This document shows, piece by piece, positions 29,317-39,297 of a DNA stretch of 64,000 bases. The position numbers were made by a program, and so were the translations under genes. Location of the stretch: positions 1,408,001-1,472,000 of the forward strand of contig OY769902.1 of the NCBI GenBank assembly GCA_963669175.1, given 5' to 3'. The notes beneath the pieces were generated by a model. That model was not told where the DNA came from. It ran no database searches and saw only the letters and a list, made by a program, of their open reading frames with translations. Origin of the DNA: a bacterium (lineage in GTDB: Bacteria; Electryoneota; Electryoneia; Electryoneales; Electryoneaceae). Within the stretch, counting starts at the first letter, position 1. Every line of letters begins with the position of its first letter.

Positions 29317-30633
29317 ATGGCAAAGGACAGCGAGTTAAGTGGGAATAATCTGATTCCCAGGCCAGCACTGGATCAGAAGCCATCATTTCTCCAGTTGGCG
29401 TTGCCGGTCGCGGTTATTCTCGGGTGTTGTGTTGCACCGTTTATCATTAAGCAACGCGATACCGGACTGAACTGGTTGTTCATTCTGGTGCTTTCCTGGG
29501 CGGTTGGCAGCTTGATGACCCCGTTGGCAATCAAGCTGTCATTCCTGTTTGGCTGGCTGGATGTTCCCAAGGGGAGAAAGGCTCATTCTCGTGCTACCCC
29601 GGTTCTTGGGGGGCTTGCAGTCGTAAGCGCTTTCGGTGTGGCATTGCTGTTCACATTTACCTATTCCCTGGCCATGAAAGGCATTGGTATCGCCGCTTTT
29701 CTCATCTGGTTGCTGGGTGTTGTGGATGACAAGTATGAACTTCCTGCCAAGCTGAAACTGCTGGTTCAGGTAATCGCGGTAAGTGTTCTAGTATACGCGG
29801 GAGTCCGTGTAACCTTCCTGCCTAATGTCTGGTGGGGAGATGCGCTTGAATTGATCATCACGTTTGTCTGGGTGATCGGTGTAACCAACGCAGTCAATTT
29901 CCTGGATGGCATGGATGGCCTGGCCGGGGGCATGGGCGCCGTTATTGCTCTGTTCCTGGCGCTTGTCGCTATTCAAAGCAGCCAGATGTATTTTGCCTAT
30001 GTGGCGATTGCCTTTCTTGGCGCTACTCTTGCCTTTCTGCCTTTTAATTTCCGTCCGGGTCACAACGCAGCCATATTTTTGGGTGACAACGGGGCAACCT
30101 TTATCGGGTTTACCTTGGCATCGACAGCCCTGATGGGCGATTGGGCGGAGAACAAGATCAGCTCGCTGGCGGTGCCGATTCTGCTCTTCGGGGTGCCGAT
30201 CTACGATATGATGATGACAACAATCACTCGAGTGGCGACCGGGAAAGTGCGTTCGTTCGGAGAATGGTTGTCCTATGCCGGACGTGATCATTTCCATCAC
30301 CGCTTATCTCACCTGGGGATCGGAAAAGCGCGCGCGGTCATCATCATCTGGTTTGTTACGATTTTTCTCGGCATATCAGCGATTGTTCTCAAGCAGGTGC
30401 GTGGTATTGACGCGATCCTGATTGTAATGCAGGCCGGGTTGCTCTTTCTGTTGATTTCCTACTTCATGATTCGGGTCCGAAACCGTCAGATCAACATGTT
30501 TATCGAAGCGCAAAAAGGGTTCGAACTGGGCGGCAACCTCACCCATGAAGAGATGTCTGACATCCTGTCGCAGGGCGAGAAGAAGGTGCCGGTTGTGAGA
30601 CCAAAGGATAGAAAAGAAGATCAATCCGGGTAG
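29317..30633 (+). CDS. MraY/WecA-family undecaprenyl-phosphate sugar-1-phosphate transferase (WecA/TagO-like)
   Basis: RKAH..ATPVLGG, GVVDD, NAVNFLDGMDGLA, IFLGDNG, DHFHHRL motifs. Confidence 0.9.
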   Translation: MAKDSELSGNNLIPRPALDQKPSFLQLALPVAVILGCCVAPFIIKQRDTGLNWLFILVLSWAVGSLMTPLAIKLSFLFGWLDVPKGRKAHSRATPVLGGLAVVSAFGVALLFTFTYSLAMKGIGIAAFLIWLLGVVDDKYELPAKLKLLVQVIAVSVLVYAGVRVTFLPNVWWGDALELIITFVWVIGVTNAVNFLDGMDGLAGGMGAVIALFLALVAIQSSQMYFAYVAIAFLGATLAFLPFNFRPGHNAAIFLGDNGATFIGFTLASTALMGDWAENKISSLAVPILLFGVPIYDMMMTTITRVATGKVRSFGEWLSYAGRDHFHHRLSHLGIGKARAVIIIWFVTIFLGISAIVLKQVRGIDAILIVMQAGLLFLLISYFMIRVRNRQINMFIEAQKGFELGGNLTHEEMSDILSQGEKKVPVVRPKDRKEDQSG

Positions 30634-30910
30634 TTTCTCATTTTGACACTGCGCAGTATTTGCACGCACTAAGTCGCTAAATGCAAGCAGGTAAAGCAAA
30701 ACCCGTTTGTATTGACTATGGTTATTCAGTCTGAAATGATGCACTTCTGGAATGATGAACGCAGCAGTGTAAATAAAACTCAACAGGTTAAACCTTGCAA
30801 TGTTGCCCTTATTGCGTTATTGATCCATTTTCACTGAAACTGCAACAGCGCTGGCCTTCGTTTTGCATTGAATCCTGCCACTACCGATCACCCCATTGCC
30901 GGGAGGTTCT

Positions 30911-33900
30911 ATGAGTCACGTTCCAAGGTTGCACATTGTTTCGTTCCTTTTGATACTTCTCCTGGTTGGACTGCATACTTCAGCAGGTTTTTGCACAACT
31001 GCTACCTCTTCATTTGATGCTTCTGCACGAATTGCACTGGTCTCGGCCGTAGAGCAAGAAAACTCGCAGCTACTTTCTGTCAGGGTAGAACAACCAGCGC
31101 TTTCGAACGAAATCCTGCTGCCTGCTGAGCGTAGTTGGGAAGAGGAACTGCTTGCTGAAGCGCAAGAGTTGGGTGGCTGGCCCGAGCTATCTGAATTGGT
31201 GCGGATTGCGTGGCGTGGCGAATATCGGCTGGCTATCACCGACCTGCAATTCAGTGAGGAAACTCTTCTGGCAGGATCCCCCTGGCGTGGTTGTCTTGAT
31301 CTGGTTCCGGAAGAGTATCAGGGAAAAGATGCCTGGTATCCCGCAGTTCCGCTACGATTGGGGAATGCTGCGATTTTGCACGATGTACGCTTGGCGCCGT
31401 TGCATACTTCACCCATACAGGTCAACCCGGTACGTGGAGTGGTGCGTGAGCTGGTTGACGCTTCCTTCTCGCTTCAGAATACAGGGCGTTCCGGTCTGAA
31501 TGAACTGCCCCAGCCATCCGGCTCGCTTGACAGGTCTTTTCTTCCCCTGTACCGTGAATTGCTCAACTGGACGGAGAATGAACTTGACGAGGAGATAGCG
31601 GCAGAGTCACGCCGGATGGTGGTGGTGATGCGTGATGATGATGTGCTGCGAGCCGGGTTTGCGCAGTGGTTTGAATGGAAGCGGCAGAAAGGCTGGCAGA
31701 TTTTATTTTTGATGGATTCGCAGGTGAACTGGACCGCAACCGGTATCAGGAACGGCCTGATCAACATGTACAACAGTCCGGGAATGGGGTTCAGTTATGT
31801 TGTGCTTCTCGGTGATGCGTCGGGAAGCTGGGCAATCCCGGCCGGATCAGGCGGGGCTATCCATGGTGACGGTGATCATCTCTACAGTTGTCTTGCCGGT
31901 GATGATAACCTGCCTGATGTGCATCTTGGACGGATCAGCGTTGAGAATATTTCCCAGGTGACAGCCTATAAGAACAAAGTTCTGTTCTACGAACAAACAC
32001 CGTATACCGATGAAACGGAGTGGTATACACGTGGGCTGGTTGTTTCCAATTCGGATGTGTCTGGCGTATCGACCATTTACCTGAATCGTTATCTGCGCCA
32101 TATGATGATGGATGCGGGGTATACCCAGGTGGATACAATCTGGTACAATGATGGCGGCGGGAATGTTATCGAGCGCGCTGCTGAAATCCTTTCACAGGGG
32201 GTGAGTTTCTTCCAGTTCAGAGGATTGATCGGCACCGGCTTTACTGAACCGGACATTCCCGGCATTGATAACGACAGGAAGCTCCCGGTTATTGCTGATA
32301 TCACCTGTTCGACCGGCGATTTTGCAGAGGGCTTGTCCATATCCGAAGCGTGGATGCGTGCGGGTACGGTTTCTCAGCCACGAGGTGGTATTGCGGCCTG
32401 GGGAATGGCAACCGCAGCGACCTTGACACGTTTCAACAATGCCCTTTGTATCGGACTCGACCAGGCCGCATTCCAGACAAAGCTTGCCACCATTGGCGAA
32501 CTGGGCACCGCGGGAAAATTGAACATGTGGCGTCAGTTTTCTGCCTATGAAAACGCTCATGTGGATGAATTTCTACAGTGGTTCAACCTGATGGGCGATC
32601 CTACTGTTGTTTTCTTTTCCGGGATTCCGCAGGAGCCGATCATCACCTGCCCGGACACGCTCTATTCCGAAATCAACGGCTTTCCCATTACCGTGGCAAC
32701 GCAGGATGGACCAGTTGCAGGCGCCTGGGTGTGCAGGTATCAGATGGATGGCGAAGCGCTGCATACCGCTTTCGGGGTTACCGGTGACGATGGTACGGTT
32801 GTGATCCCTGGCAGTGGTGGCGATTACGGCGAGGAAGTAACCTTTACGATTACGGCGAAGAACCTGGAAACATGGCAGCATGATTTCACGGTTCATTCGG
32901 CCTCAATGGCATTAAGGGCCTCAACCGGAAGTTGGACTGATGATCCCGGTATCGAACAATACATCGGTGACAATGACGGTGTTATTGATGCCGGTGAGAT
33001 AGGCGGTTTACGTTTCAACATTACCAATACGGCAGATGCAGCTCAGGACAATATTACTATCCAGGTATATGCTGATGATCCGAATCTGACCGTCATTGAC
33101 ACTGCCGCTGTGCTGGCATTCCGGAGCATTGGGGCAGGCGCAACCGTTGCTTCCCCGGAATTTCAGATAGCCGTGTCCGGTTATACGCCCGATGAATACC
33201 TGGCTACGATACATGTGGTTGTTTCCAGCACGCAGGGGCAGTGGGAACACACGCTGGTGCTGCGGATTAAAGCGCCGACCCTGGCGGTTGAAAGTGTTGA
33301 GACGGACCAACCGTTGCTTCCCGGCCAAACGTCAGCATTAAGTGTACAGCTTTATAATTACGGCAGTGATGATGCTACCGGTGGAGAAATATCGCTGAGT
33401 TCACTTACGCCTTTTCTGGTTGTTGCAAATGGAACCGCAACCTGCGCTGCAATTGACACCAGTGAAGCCTTAACTGTTACCGGGTTTCAGGTACAAGCGG
33501 TTGATGAAGCGTACAGCAATGGCAGTATCGCAGAACTTCAGCTCGTTTATTTGGGCAGCAACGGTGTGGTCGATACCATTCTGACTGGTGTAACCATCGG
33601 CGAACTGGCGGAAGAAGACCCCGTTGGTCCGGATGCTTATGGCTATTATGCGTTCGAAAATGTGGATACAGCTTATGATCTCGCGCCCGTGTATGCGTGG
33701 GTAGAGATCAATCCGAATGTTGAACATCATGATTATGAAGGAACAGCTTTGGATCTGCCGGATACCGCGCGGGAATTACAACACGCAGTCGTGAGGCAAC
33801 TTCCCTTCACGGTGCAGTATTATAGTGAAACCTTTACCGAGATTACTGTTGCGGCCAACGGATTTGCAGCAATGGGGAGCCAGGCGGATCTGCCCTGTTT

Positions 33901-34636
33901 ACAGAATTGGTCAATCCCCTCACCGGGCGGTCCGAACGCCATGATTGCCCCCTTCTGGGATGATCGTACGGTTTTTGATGGCGCCGGGGTTTACGACTAT
34001 CACGACACCGCCAATGGACGATATATCATTGAATGGTACCAGGTGACAGACCTTGACAGTATCAATCCCTGCACCTTCCAGCTCATCCTGTATGACCAGG
34101 TTGAAGGCCACGAGACTGCAACAGGTGATGCGGATATTCTCTTCCAATACAGTTCATTGAATCCCTCAACGAGTTCTGATCCCGAAGGGGTGGACTGGTG
34201 GACCACCGGGATTGAAAATAGCACGCAGAACCTTGGCATCCAGATCGCTTATCGTCATTTCGCGATGGCTGGGACAGCCATGATTGATTCAGGTCGTGCG
34301 ATCCTGTTTACTACCAACACCTGGGACAACATTCATCCGGTAGAAACAGACATCGAAGAGGCGCTGCCGCGTGATTATGCTCTGGACGCGCCGTATCCCA
34401 ATCCGTTCAATTCCGAAACAGTGATCCGGTATGCGTTGCCCAGATCGGAACGTATCAACCTGAGCGTGTTCAATGTGCTTGGTCAGCGAATGTCAACGAT
34501 GGTTCAAGGGATGCAGGAAGCCGGGTATCACACGTTGACGCTGGACGCGAATGGATGGCCGTCCGGAGTCTACTTTGTACAGTTAAAAACGGCCGGAGGT
34601 TTTGCTTCGGCACAAAAAGTGATGTTGATTAAATGA
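30911..34636 (+). CDS. C25 (gingipain-like) cysteine peptidase homolog with propeptide, Ig-like domains and T9SS/FlgD-Ig-like CTD
   Basis: GGAGG RBS; EWKRQKG, YVVLLGD, DHLYSCL.GDD.LPDVHLGRIS, ITCSTGDF, FNLMGDP, GPDAYGY motifs; PYPNPFNS CTD. Confidence 0.9.
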   Translation: MSHVPRLHIVSFLLILLLVGLHTSAGFCTTATSSFDASARIALVSAVEQENSQLLSVRVEQPALSNEILLPAERSWEEELLAEAQELGGWPELSELVRIAWRGEYRLAITDLQFSEETLLAGSPWRGCLDLVPEEYQGKDAWYPAVPLRLGNAAILHDVRLAPLHTSPIQVNPVRGVVRELVDASFSLQNTGRSGLNELPQPSGSLDRSFLPLYRELLNWTENELDEEIAAESRRMVVVMRDDDVLRAGFAQWFEWKRQKGWQILFLMDSQVNWTATGIRNGLINMYNSPGMGFSYVVLLGDASGSWAIPAGSGGAIHGDGDHLYSCLAGDDNLPDVHLGRISVENISQVTAYKNKVLFYEQTPYTDETEWYTRGLVVSNSDVSGVSTIYLNRYLRHMMMDAGYTQVDTIWYNDGGGNVIERAAEILSQGVSFFQFRGLIGTGFTEPDIPGIDNDRKLPVIADITCSTGDFAEGLSISEAWMRAGTVSQPRGGIAAWGMATAATLTRFNNALCIGLDQAAFQTKLATIGELGTAGKLNMWRQFSAYENAHVDEFLQWFNLMGDPTVVFFSGIPQEPIITCPDTLYSEINGFPITVATQDGPVAGAWVCRYQMDGEALHTAFGVTGDDGTVVIPGSGGDYGEEVTFTITAKNLETWQHDFTVHSASMALRASTGSWTDDPGIEQYIGDNDGVIDAGEIGGLRFNITNTADAAQDNITIQVYADDPNLTVIDTAAVLAFRSIGAGATVASPEFQIAVSGYTPDEYLATIHVVVSSTQGQWEHTLVLRIKAPTLAVESVETDQPLLPGQTSALSVQLYNYGSDDATGGEISLSSLTPFLVVANGTATCAAIDTSEALTVTGFQVQAVDEAYSNGSIAELQLVYLGSNGVVDTILTGVTIGELAEEDPVGPDAYGYYAFENVDTAYDLAPVYAWVEINPNVEHHDYEGTALDLPDTARELQHAVVRQLPFTVQYYSETFTEITVAANGFAAMGSQADLPCLQNWSIPSPGGPNAMIAPFWDDRTVFDGAGVYDYHDTANGRYIIEWYQVTDLDSINPCTFQLILYDQVEGHETATGDADILFQYSSLNPSTSSDPEGVDWWTTGIENSTQNLGIQIAYRHFAMAGTAMIDSGRAILFTTNTWDNIHPVETDIEEALPRDYALDAPYPNPFNSETVIRYALPRSERINLSVFNVLGQRMSTMVQGMQEAGYHTLTLDANGWPSGVYFVQLKTAGGFASAQKVMLIK

Positions 34637-34662
34637 GCAGGTACTTGTATACTTGTTGGTCT

Positions 34663-34692
34663 GCGCCAGGTGGGGATGCACCTGGCGCTTTT
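34663..34692 (+). terminator. Intrinsic terminator
   Basis: GCGCCAGGTG-loop-CACCTGGCGC followed by TTTT. Confidence 0.7.
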
Positions 34693-34713
34693 CGTGTACT
34701 CAGTTGAGCAACT

Positions 34714-36090
34714 TTAAAACGTAAGTTGCGCTCCGGCCATTCCGCCGAACCAGAAGGCGTTCCAGTGGTTATCGCTGTTGTGTATCACCGCTTCATCGGG
34801 AAGCAATTCCTGTCCTGCATCGCTTGTCGAATAGGCCCATCTTAAGGCCGGCCCCAACGATACGAACAGCCTTTCATTGACCTGAAGCTGGCCTGTGATG
34901 CGCCATTCAGCAAGCAATACCGGGTCGTCCGAAATGCCTTCGCCATGCAGAATATTCCAGACAAGGATGTCCGTTTTAAGGGAGAAGTCTTCAGTCCTGA
35001 TCGGAGTATGCCAGCCAATACCGCCAACCATGCCCCAGGCTTGTGCATTATCCAGTCGCTTCCCCACACCGATAAGGTTATACAGGTTTTGGTTGCCCGA
35101 GACAAAGGCAGTAGATGCCATCCCGGTTTCATCGAACCAGAAAGTGACATGGACGGGTTGATCTTCTACAAGGCTGACCAACCCGACAGGCCAGCCATCG
35201 TTGACATCGGCCATATTCAGCACACCGATCTGTACCCCCTCCACAAGACTTGAATGGGTGTACACGCCAATCTGAACACCTTTACCAAACTGGCTCAAAG
35301 ATATCGGCGCCAGTTGTACCAACGGCGCTATCGGTGAGTTTGCAATGATCCCGGCCACCTGGATCCCGTTCAATTTCATGGTAGAAACGGCAAAAAGTCC
35401 ACCAAGTTGAAGTCCGGTGTAAGTGGTTCCACTCACAGAAGCAAGCCCGCCTATCATGATGCCGCCGCCACCTTCCATGGCGAACGATCCCAGACCGCCC
35501 ACCTGGAAACCGTACCAGGAATGGGTGGCGATAGAAAGCAGTCCACCTACCTGAAAGCCAACCCCATCAAGCGCGGCGCTGGTTAGCCCGCCAAGCTGCA
35601 TCCCGAAGTGTTTGCCACGTGACAAAGCGAGCAGCCCACCCACCTGGAAGCCTTTGCTGTACGCTGGGTCTTTTGCGGCCCCCGAAGCAGAAAGAAGCCC
35701 GCCGACCTGGAAACCCTGGAAACGTCCTTTTGTTGAATTGGCAATTCCAGAGACCTGGAAACCATCAAAACGCTGGTCTGCCTGGTTCAGGAAGGGAGCG
35801 ACCTGGAAACCGGTTGAAGGATATAGACAATGGTTTGTCAGTATGCCGATCTCGGCGCCGTGCAACTGCCCGGAATGACCCAGACCCAGGTGCAGCGCGA
35901 AGATGTGATGCACATGATCGGAAGGTCCGAATACGCTGTACCCGTTAATGAACGTCACATTTACCGGGACTGTCATCAAAGACAGGGATGAATCCGGCGA
36001 TACGGGATCTGTTCGCGTATTGTCTTGCGCCAGGGTGGCGAGAGGAAGTAAAAATAAAACTGAAACGAGTAGCAGCGCTTTTGTGTTCAT
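34714..36090 (-). CDS. Exported Gly-rich repeat protein (LA_2272-like GxQxGG repeats) with C-terminal beta-barrel-like region
   Basis: Signal peptide from Met 36090; more than 10 G(F/L/V)Q(V/I/L)(G/A)G repeats; terminal Phe. Confidence 0.75.
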   Translation of the reverse strand: MNTKALLLVSVLFLLPLATLAQDNTRTDPVSPDSSLSLMTVPVNVTFINGYSVFGPSDHVHHIFALHLGLGHSGQLHGAEIGILTNHCLYPSTGFQVAPFLNQADQRFDGFQVSGIANSTKGRFQGFQVGGLLSASGAAKDPAYSKGFQVGGLLALSRGKHFGMQLGGLTSAALDGVGFQVGGLLSIATHSWYGFQVGGLGSFAMEGGGGIMIGGLASVSGTTYTGLQLGGLFAVSTMKLNGIQVAGIIANSPIAPLVQLAPISLSQFGKGVQIGVYTHSSLVEGVQIGVLNMADVNDGWPVGLVSLVEDQPVHVTFWFDETGMASTAFVSGNQNLYNLIGVGKRLDNAQAWGMVGGIGWHTPIRTEDFSLKTDILVWNILHGEGISDDPVLLAEWRITGQLQVNERLFVSLGPALRWAYSTSDAGQELLPDEAVIHNSDNHWNAFWFGGMAGAQLTF

Positions 36091-36287
36091 GGTTATTCCT
36101 GTTCCAGGTTGATCCCACCGCACTATTGTAGGAATAAAGGGTAGCTGTAAGCAATGGGAAAATAATCTGGATTTATTGGTATACAAGTGGCCAAGTGGTT
36201 GATATAATTAAAATAATACAGAATAACCATCATTGTTCAACCTGAATTTTGTATATTCTATTGGAAAGAAAACGGCAGGAGGTGAAT

Positions 36288-36563
36288 ATGCCTTTCAGAG
36301 ACAAAACCGGTCCTTTGGGGCTGGGCGCTAAAACTGGTCTGGGTTTAGGACGTTGCCGTGACAGCAAGAAGAATCTTGACCTGTTGAAGCAGGCCACAAA
36401 AACACGTTCGATCACCAACAGTCCGTGGTTCTGGAGTGTCATGATCCCGGTAGGCGCGGTTGTGGTGAAAGACTTGACCGGGCAGAACAGTATTCTGAAA
36501 CGCCTTGCCGGACAGGCTCCCAAGCTGTTGAGCAATGGTGTCAAGGGATTGCTGAAACCGTAG
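36288..36563 (+). CDS. Small protein, DUF5320-like
   Basis: Strong AGGAGGTG RBS; N-terminus MP.RDKTGP.G.G.KTG.GLG.C. Confidence 0.7.
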   Translation: MPFRDKTGPLGLGAKTGLGLGRCRDSKKNLDLLKQATKTRSITNSPWFWSVMIPVGAVVVKDLTGQNSILKRLAGQAPKLLSNGVKGLLKP

Positions 36564-36577
36564 AACAAGATTCCTGT

Positions 36578-36612
36578 AAAAAAAGCCTCACCCGGTTTCC
36601 GGATGAGGCTTT
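36578..36612. terminator. Bidirectional intrinsic terminator
   Basis: A7-GCCTCA.CCGG..CCGG.TGAGGC-TTT between convergent genes. Confidence 0.8.
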
Positions 36613-36630
36613 ATGTGTTTTTGTTCAGAC

Positions 36631-38802
36631 TCAGGGAAGTGTTGTGAACGACCAGACCTGGGAAGCCGCTCCATTGGCTCCGTTGGCATCAACCGCGTAT
36701 ACCCGCCAGTAATAACGGGTATTGTTCGCCAATCCAGTAGCGGGATAGAAAGTCTGGTTGATGTTGTCCTGGTCCACAACCATGGTGCCTGTAGAGAAAT
36801 CAGATTGTGTATTGATCTGCAAATGGTAATGATCCGCCCCCCCTGAAGGTTCATTCCATTCGAAGAACGTATTCGGGGCAACCGGGACTTGAACAGCATT
36901 GTTCAAAGGCTGCGACAAAGTCGGAGCGCCGACGCGAATACGGAAATCTATTGAGGTTGACCAGGCACCGTAGCCGCTTTCGTTGCTGCCACGCACCCGC
37001 CAGTAATACCCATAATTATAGTTCAAGCCATCACTGAGGCCGTGTGTGGTAGTCGTATCGTTTAAAATCTCATTGACCAGGGGATTCGCAAACCCGGGAT
37101 CAGCAAGCCCTGTGGCCTGGAACTGGTACTGTGCGGAATACTCGGAACTGTTCCAGACGAACGTGATCGGGACATCTTCCAGGTCGCCGCTGGCCGGTGA
37201 TAACGGGGTTGGCGCTTCCGGCGCTTCCATGCGTGTCCTGAATCGCCACACGCTTCCCTGGCGCGTGTTACCGTAATCGTCACGTACGGTCACCTTCCAG
37301 TAATAGTTCGAACGGTAGTCCAGTTCATCCGGCACATAGAAGTTTGCCGTCAGGTTTGAATCGACCTTGGTAACCGGGGGATTGCTGTCATCAAAATAGA
37401 CGTCGAAAAAGAGCTGATCGTGTTCCGGATCAGAACAGGTCCAGTACAGCGTTGGTGTAAGCGTAACATTTTCAGATGCATTTGCCGGTGAGGGCGAACC
37501 CGGCGCGGCAGGAGACTGGTTCTGGCCCGTGGTGAATTGCCAGATCGAAGAAGGTGTCTGTTCACCGCCGGTCGGTGCATCCTTCGCGATAATCTTCCAG
37601 AAATAGGTCGTGTTCGAGTTCAACCGGCTGGGTGGCGTCCATGTTTCCAGTGTCTGGTTGCTTGCGATTTCTGCCGGTGGGTTGGAGGCGCTGAAATGGA
37701 TATCATAATACAGCATGTCGCCATCCGGATCAGAGCAGTTCCAACTCAGAGAAGTGTATTCATCAATACCGGTCGCATTATTGGCCGGTGACGGTGAGTT
37801 CGGTGCATAGGGCGCCTGGTTGGGACGTTCTGCCGTGAGGAAAGTCCAGACCGAACCTTCCGTGATGGCGTTATCTTCATCCCGAACCACTACTTTCCAG
37901 TAGTAATAGGTGTCGTAATCAAGCGAATCCGGGGTGTAGGAGTTATTCACCAGGCTGGTAGCTCGAAGTGAAGGCGGCCACACCTTGCCAAGATACAGGT
38001 CATACAACAGTGTGGTGCTTTCCAGGTCCGACGCCTGCCATGTAAATGTCGGGCGAACCTGTGTATTCTGAGCGCCGTCCGCCGGACTGGGATTGGACGG
38101 TGCCGATGGCGGCTGATTGCCTTCCGCAGCTGTAGTAAAACTCCACAGCTCACTTTCGGCGGATCTTCCCGATGGATCCTGCGCAACCACTTTCCAGAAA
38201 TACTCAGTCTCGTACTCGAGTGTGATTGTATCCGGGAAACTGTACGAAGGCGTGGTCAATTCGCTGTCGATTTTCACCGGGATGAGCGTTTCACCGAAAT
38301 AGACATCGAACGTAAGCGTATCGCCATCCGGATCAACTCCAGACCAGCTCAAGGTCGGTTGAATGGACACATCTTCCGCTTCCGGCGCCGGTGATGGGTT
38401 GGTGGGAGCTGTGGGACTCTGGTTGATTACAGTAACCATCACAGACGTGTCCACAGAAACATCTCCATCCCAGACCCTGACATACAGGTACATGGGGCCC
38501 ATCACGTCCGATGGCGCCTTCCAGGTTACACTGGATAACGCATTGCTGGATACAAATGTCCCGTAATCAGCGGTCCAGTAATAGGCAAGGCTGTCGGTTT
38601 CATCCGGATCGGACGCGATACAATTCACGGTAGATGTGCTGTTGACCCCCAGCGCAGAAGGGGTGGCTGTAATACTTGCAATTTGTGGAGCATGGTTGGC
38701 AGGGGGATTCACAGCGTCATCATCATCGCTCCCACAGCCCGCAAGCAGCCAGCTCAAAGCCAGCAACAGCACCATCCCGATATGTATGGATCTTCCTAGC
38801 AT
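36631..38802 (-). CDS. Lipoprotein with tandem FN3/Ig-like repeats
   Basis: Lipobox LAGC; about six repeats of NQ.P..P..PSPA...W..SDP..D.L.(F/Y)D.Y...Y(F/Y)W(K/R)V. Confidence 0.85.
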   Translation of the reverse strand: MLGRSIHIGMVLLLALSWLLAGCGSDDDDAVNPPANHAPQIASITATPSALGVNSTSTVNCIASDPDETDSLAYYWTADYGTFVSSNALSSVTWKAPSDVMGPMYLYVRVWDGDVSVDTSVMVTVINQSPTAPTNPSPAPEAEDVSIQPTLSWSGVDPDGDTLTFDVYFGETLIPVKIDSELTTPSYSFPDTITLEYETEYFWKVVAQDPSGRSAESELWSFTTAAEGNQPPSAPSNPSPADGAQNTQVRPTFTWQASDLESTTLLYDLYLGKVWPPSLRATSLVNNSYTPDSLDYDTYYYWKVVVRDEDNAITEGSVWTFLTAERPNQAPYAPNSPSPANNATGIDEYTSLSWNCSDPDGDMLYYDIHFSASNPPAEIASNQTLETWTPPSRLNSNTTYFWKIIAKDAPTGGEQTPSSIWQFTTGQNQSPAAPGSPSPANASENVTLTPTLYWTCSDPEHDQLFFDVYFDDSNPPVTKVDSNLTANFYVPDELDYRSNYYWKVTVRDDYGNTRQGSVWRFRTRMEAPEAPTPLSPASGDLEDVPITFVWNSSEYSAQYQFQATGLADPGFANPLVNEILNDTTTTHGLSDGLNYNYGYYWRVRGSNESGYGAWSTSIDFRIRVGAPTLSQPLNNAVQVPVAPNTFFEWNEPSGGADHYHLQINTQSDFSTGTMVVDQDNINQTFYPATGLANNTRYYWRVYAVDANGANGAASQVWSFTTLP

Positions 38803-39297
38803 CAGCCAACTCCGACAAACACGTATTAGTTATCGAATATACCAAATTCAAGGTAAGCCTTCCTGCGATACCATACAAGCCGAAACTTCACCGGGACAGT
38901 GAATTCAGGCAAATATGAAACATCATGATGTTAAAGAGAGGCTTCAGGTATTTTCGGGTGAGTGTACTACTGCTGAGACAGCGGAGGAGATATACACAGT
39001 CTTGGGTGTTGTAATTATTGCTATCAGATTGAGAGCTCTGTCTTAAAATATATAGAATCGTAAGGGAAAAAGCAGAAAGAAATCAGTGTATTCCTTATTG
39101 TTTTTTGGAATTTATGGATTTATAATCAGAAGCATAATTTGGACTTATCAATCTCTTTCATTATTTGTTTTCTGAGGAATGCAATTATTGAGAATGCGGG
39201 AGGATGTAATCAGGTCAGTTTTCCAGCGTAAGAGAAGACTGACTGATACGGGTTGTTGTTTTTTTACGAGCCCATAATTCATGCTGTGAGGTCTGTG

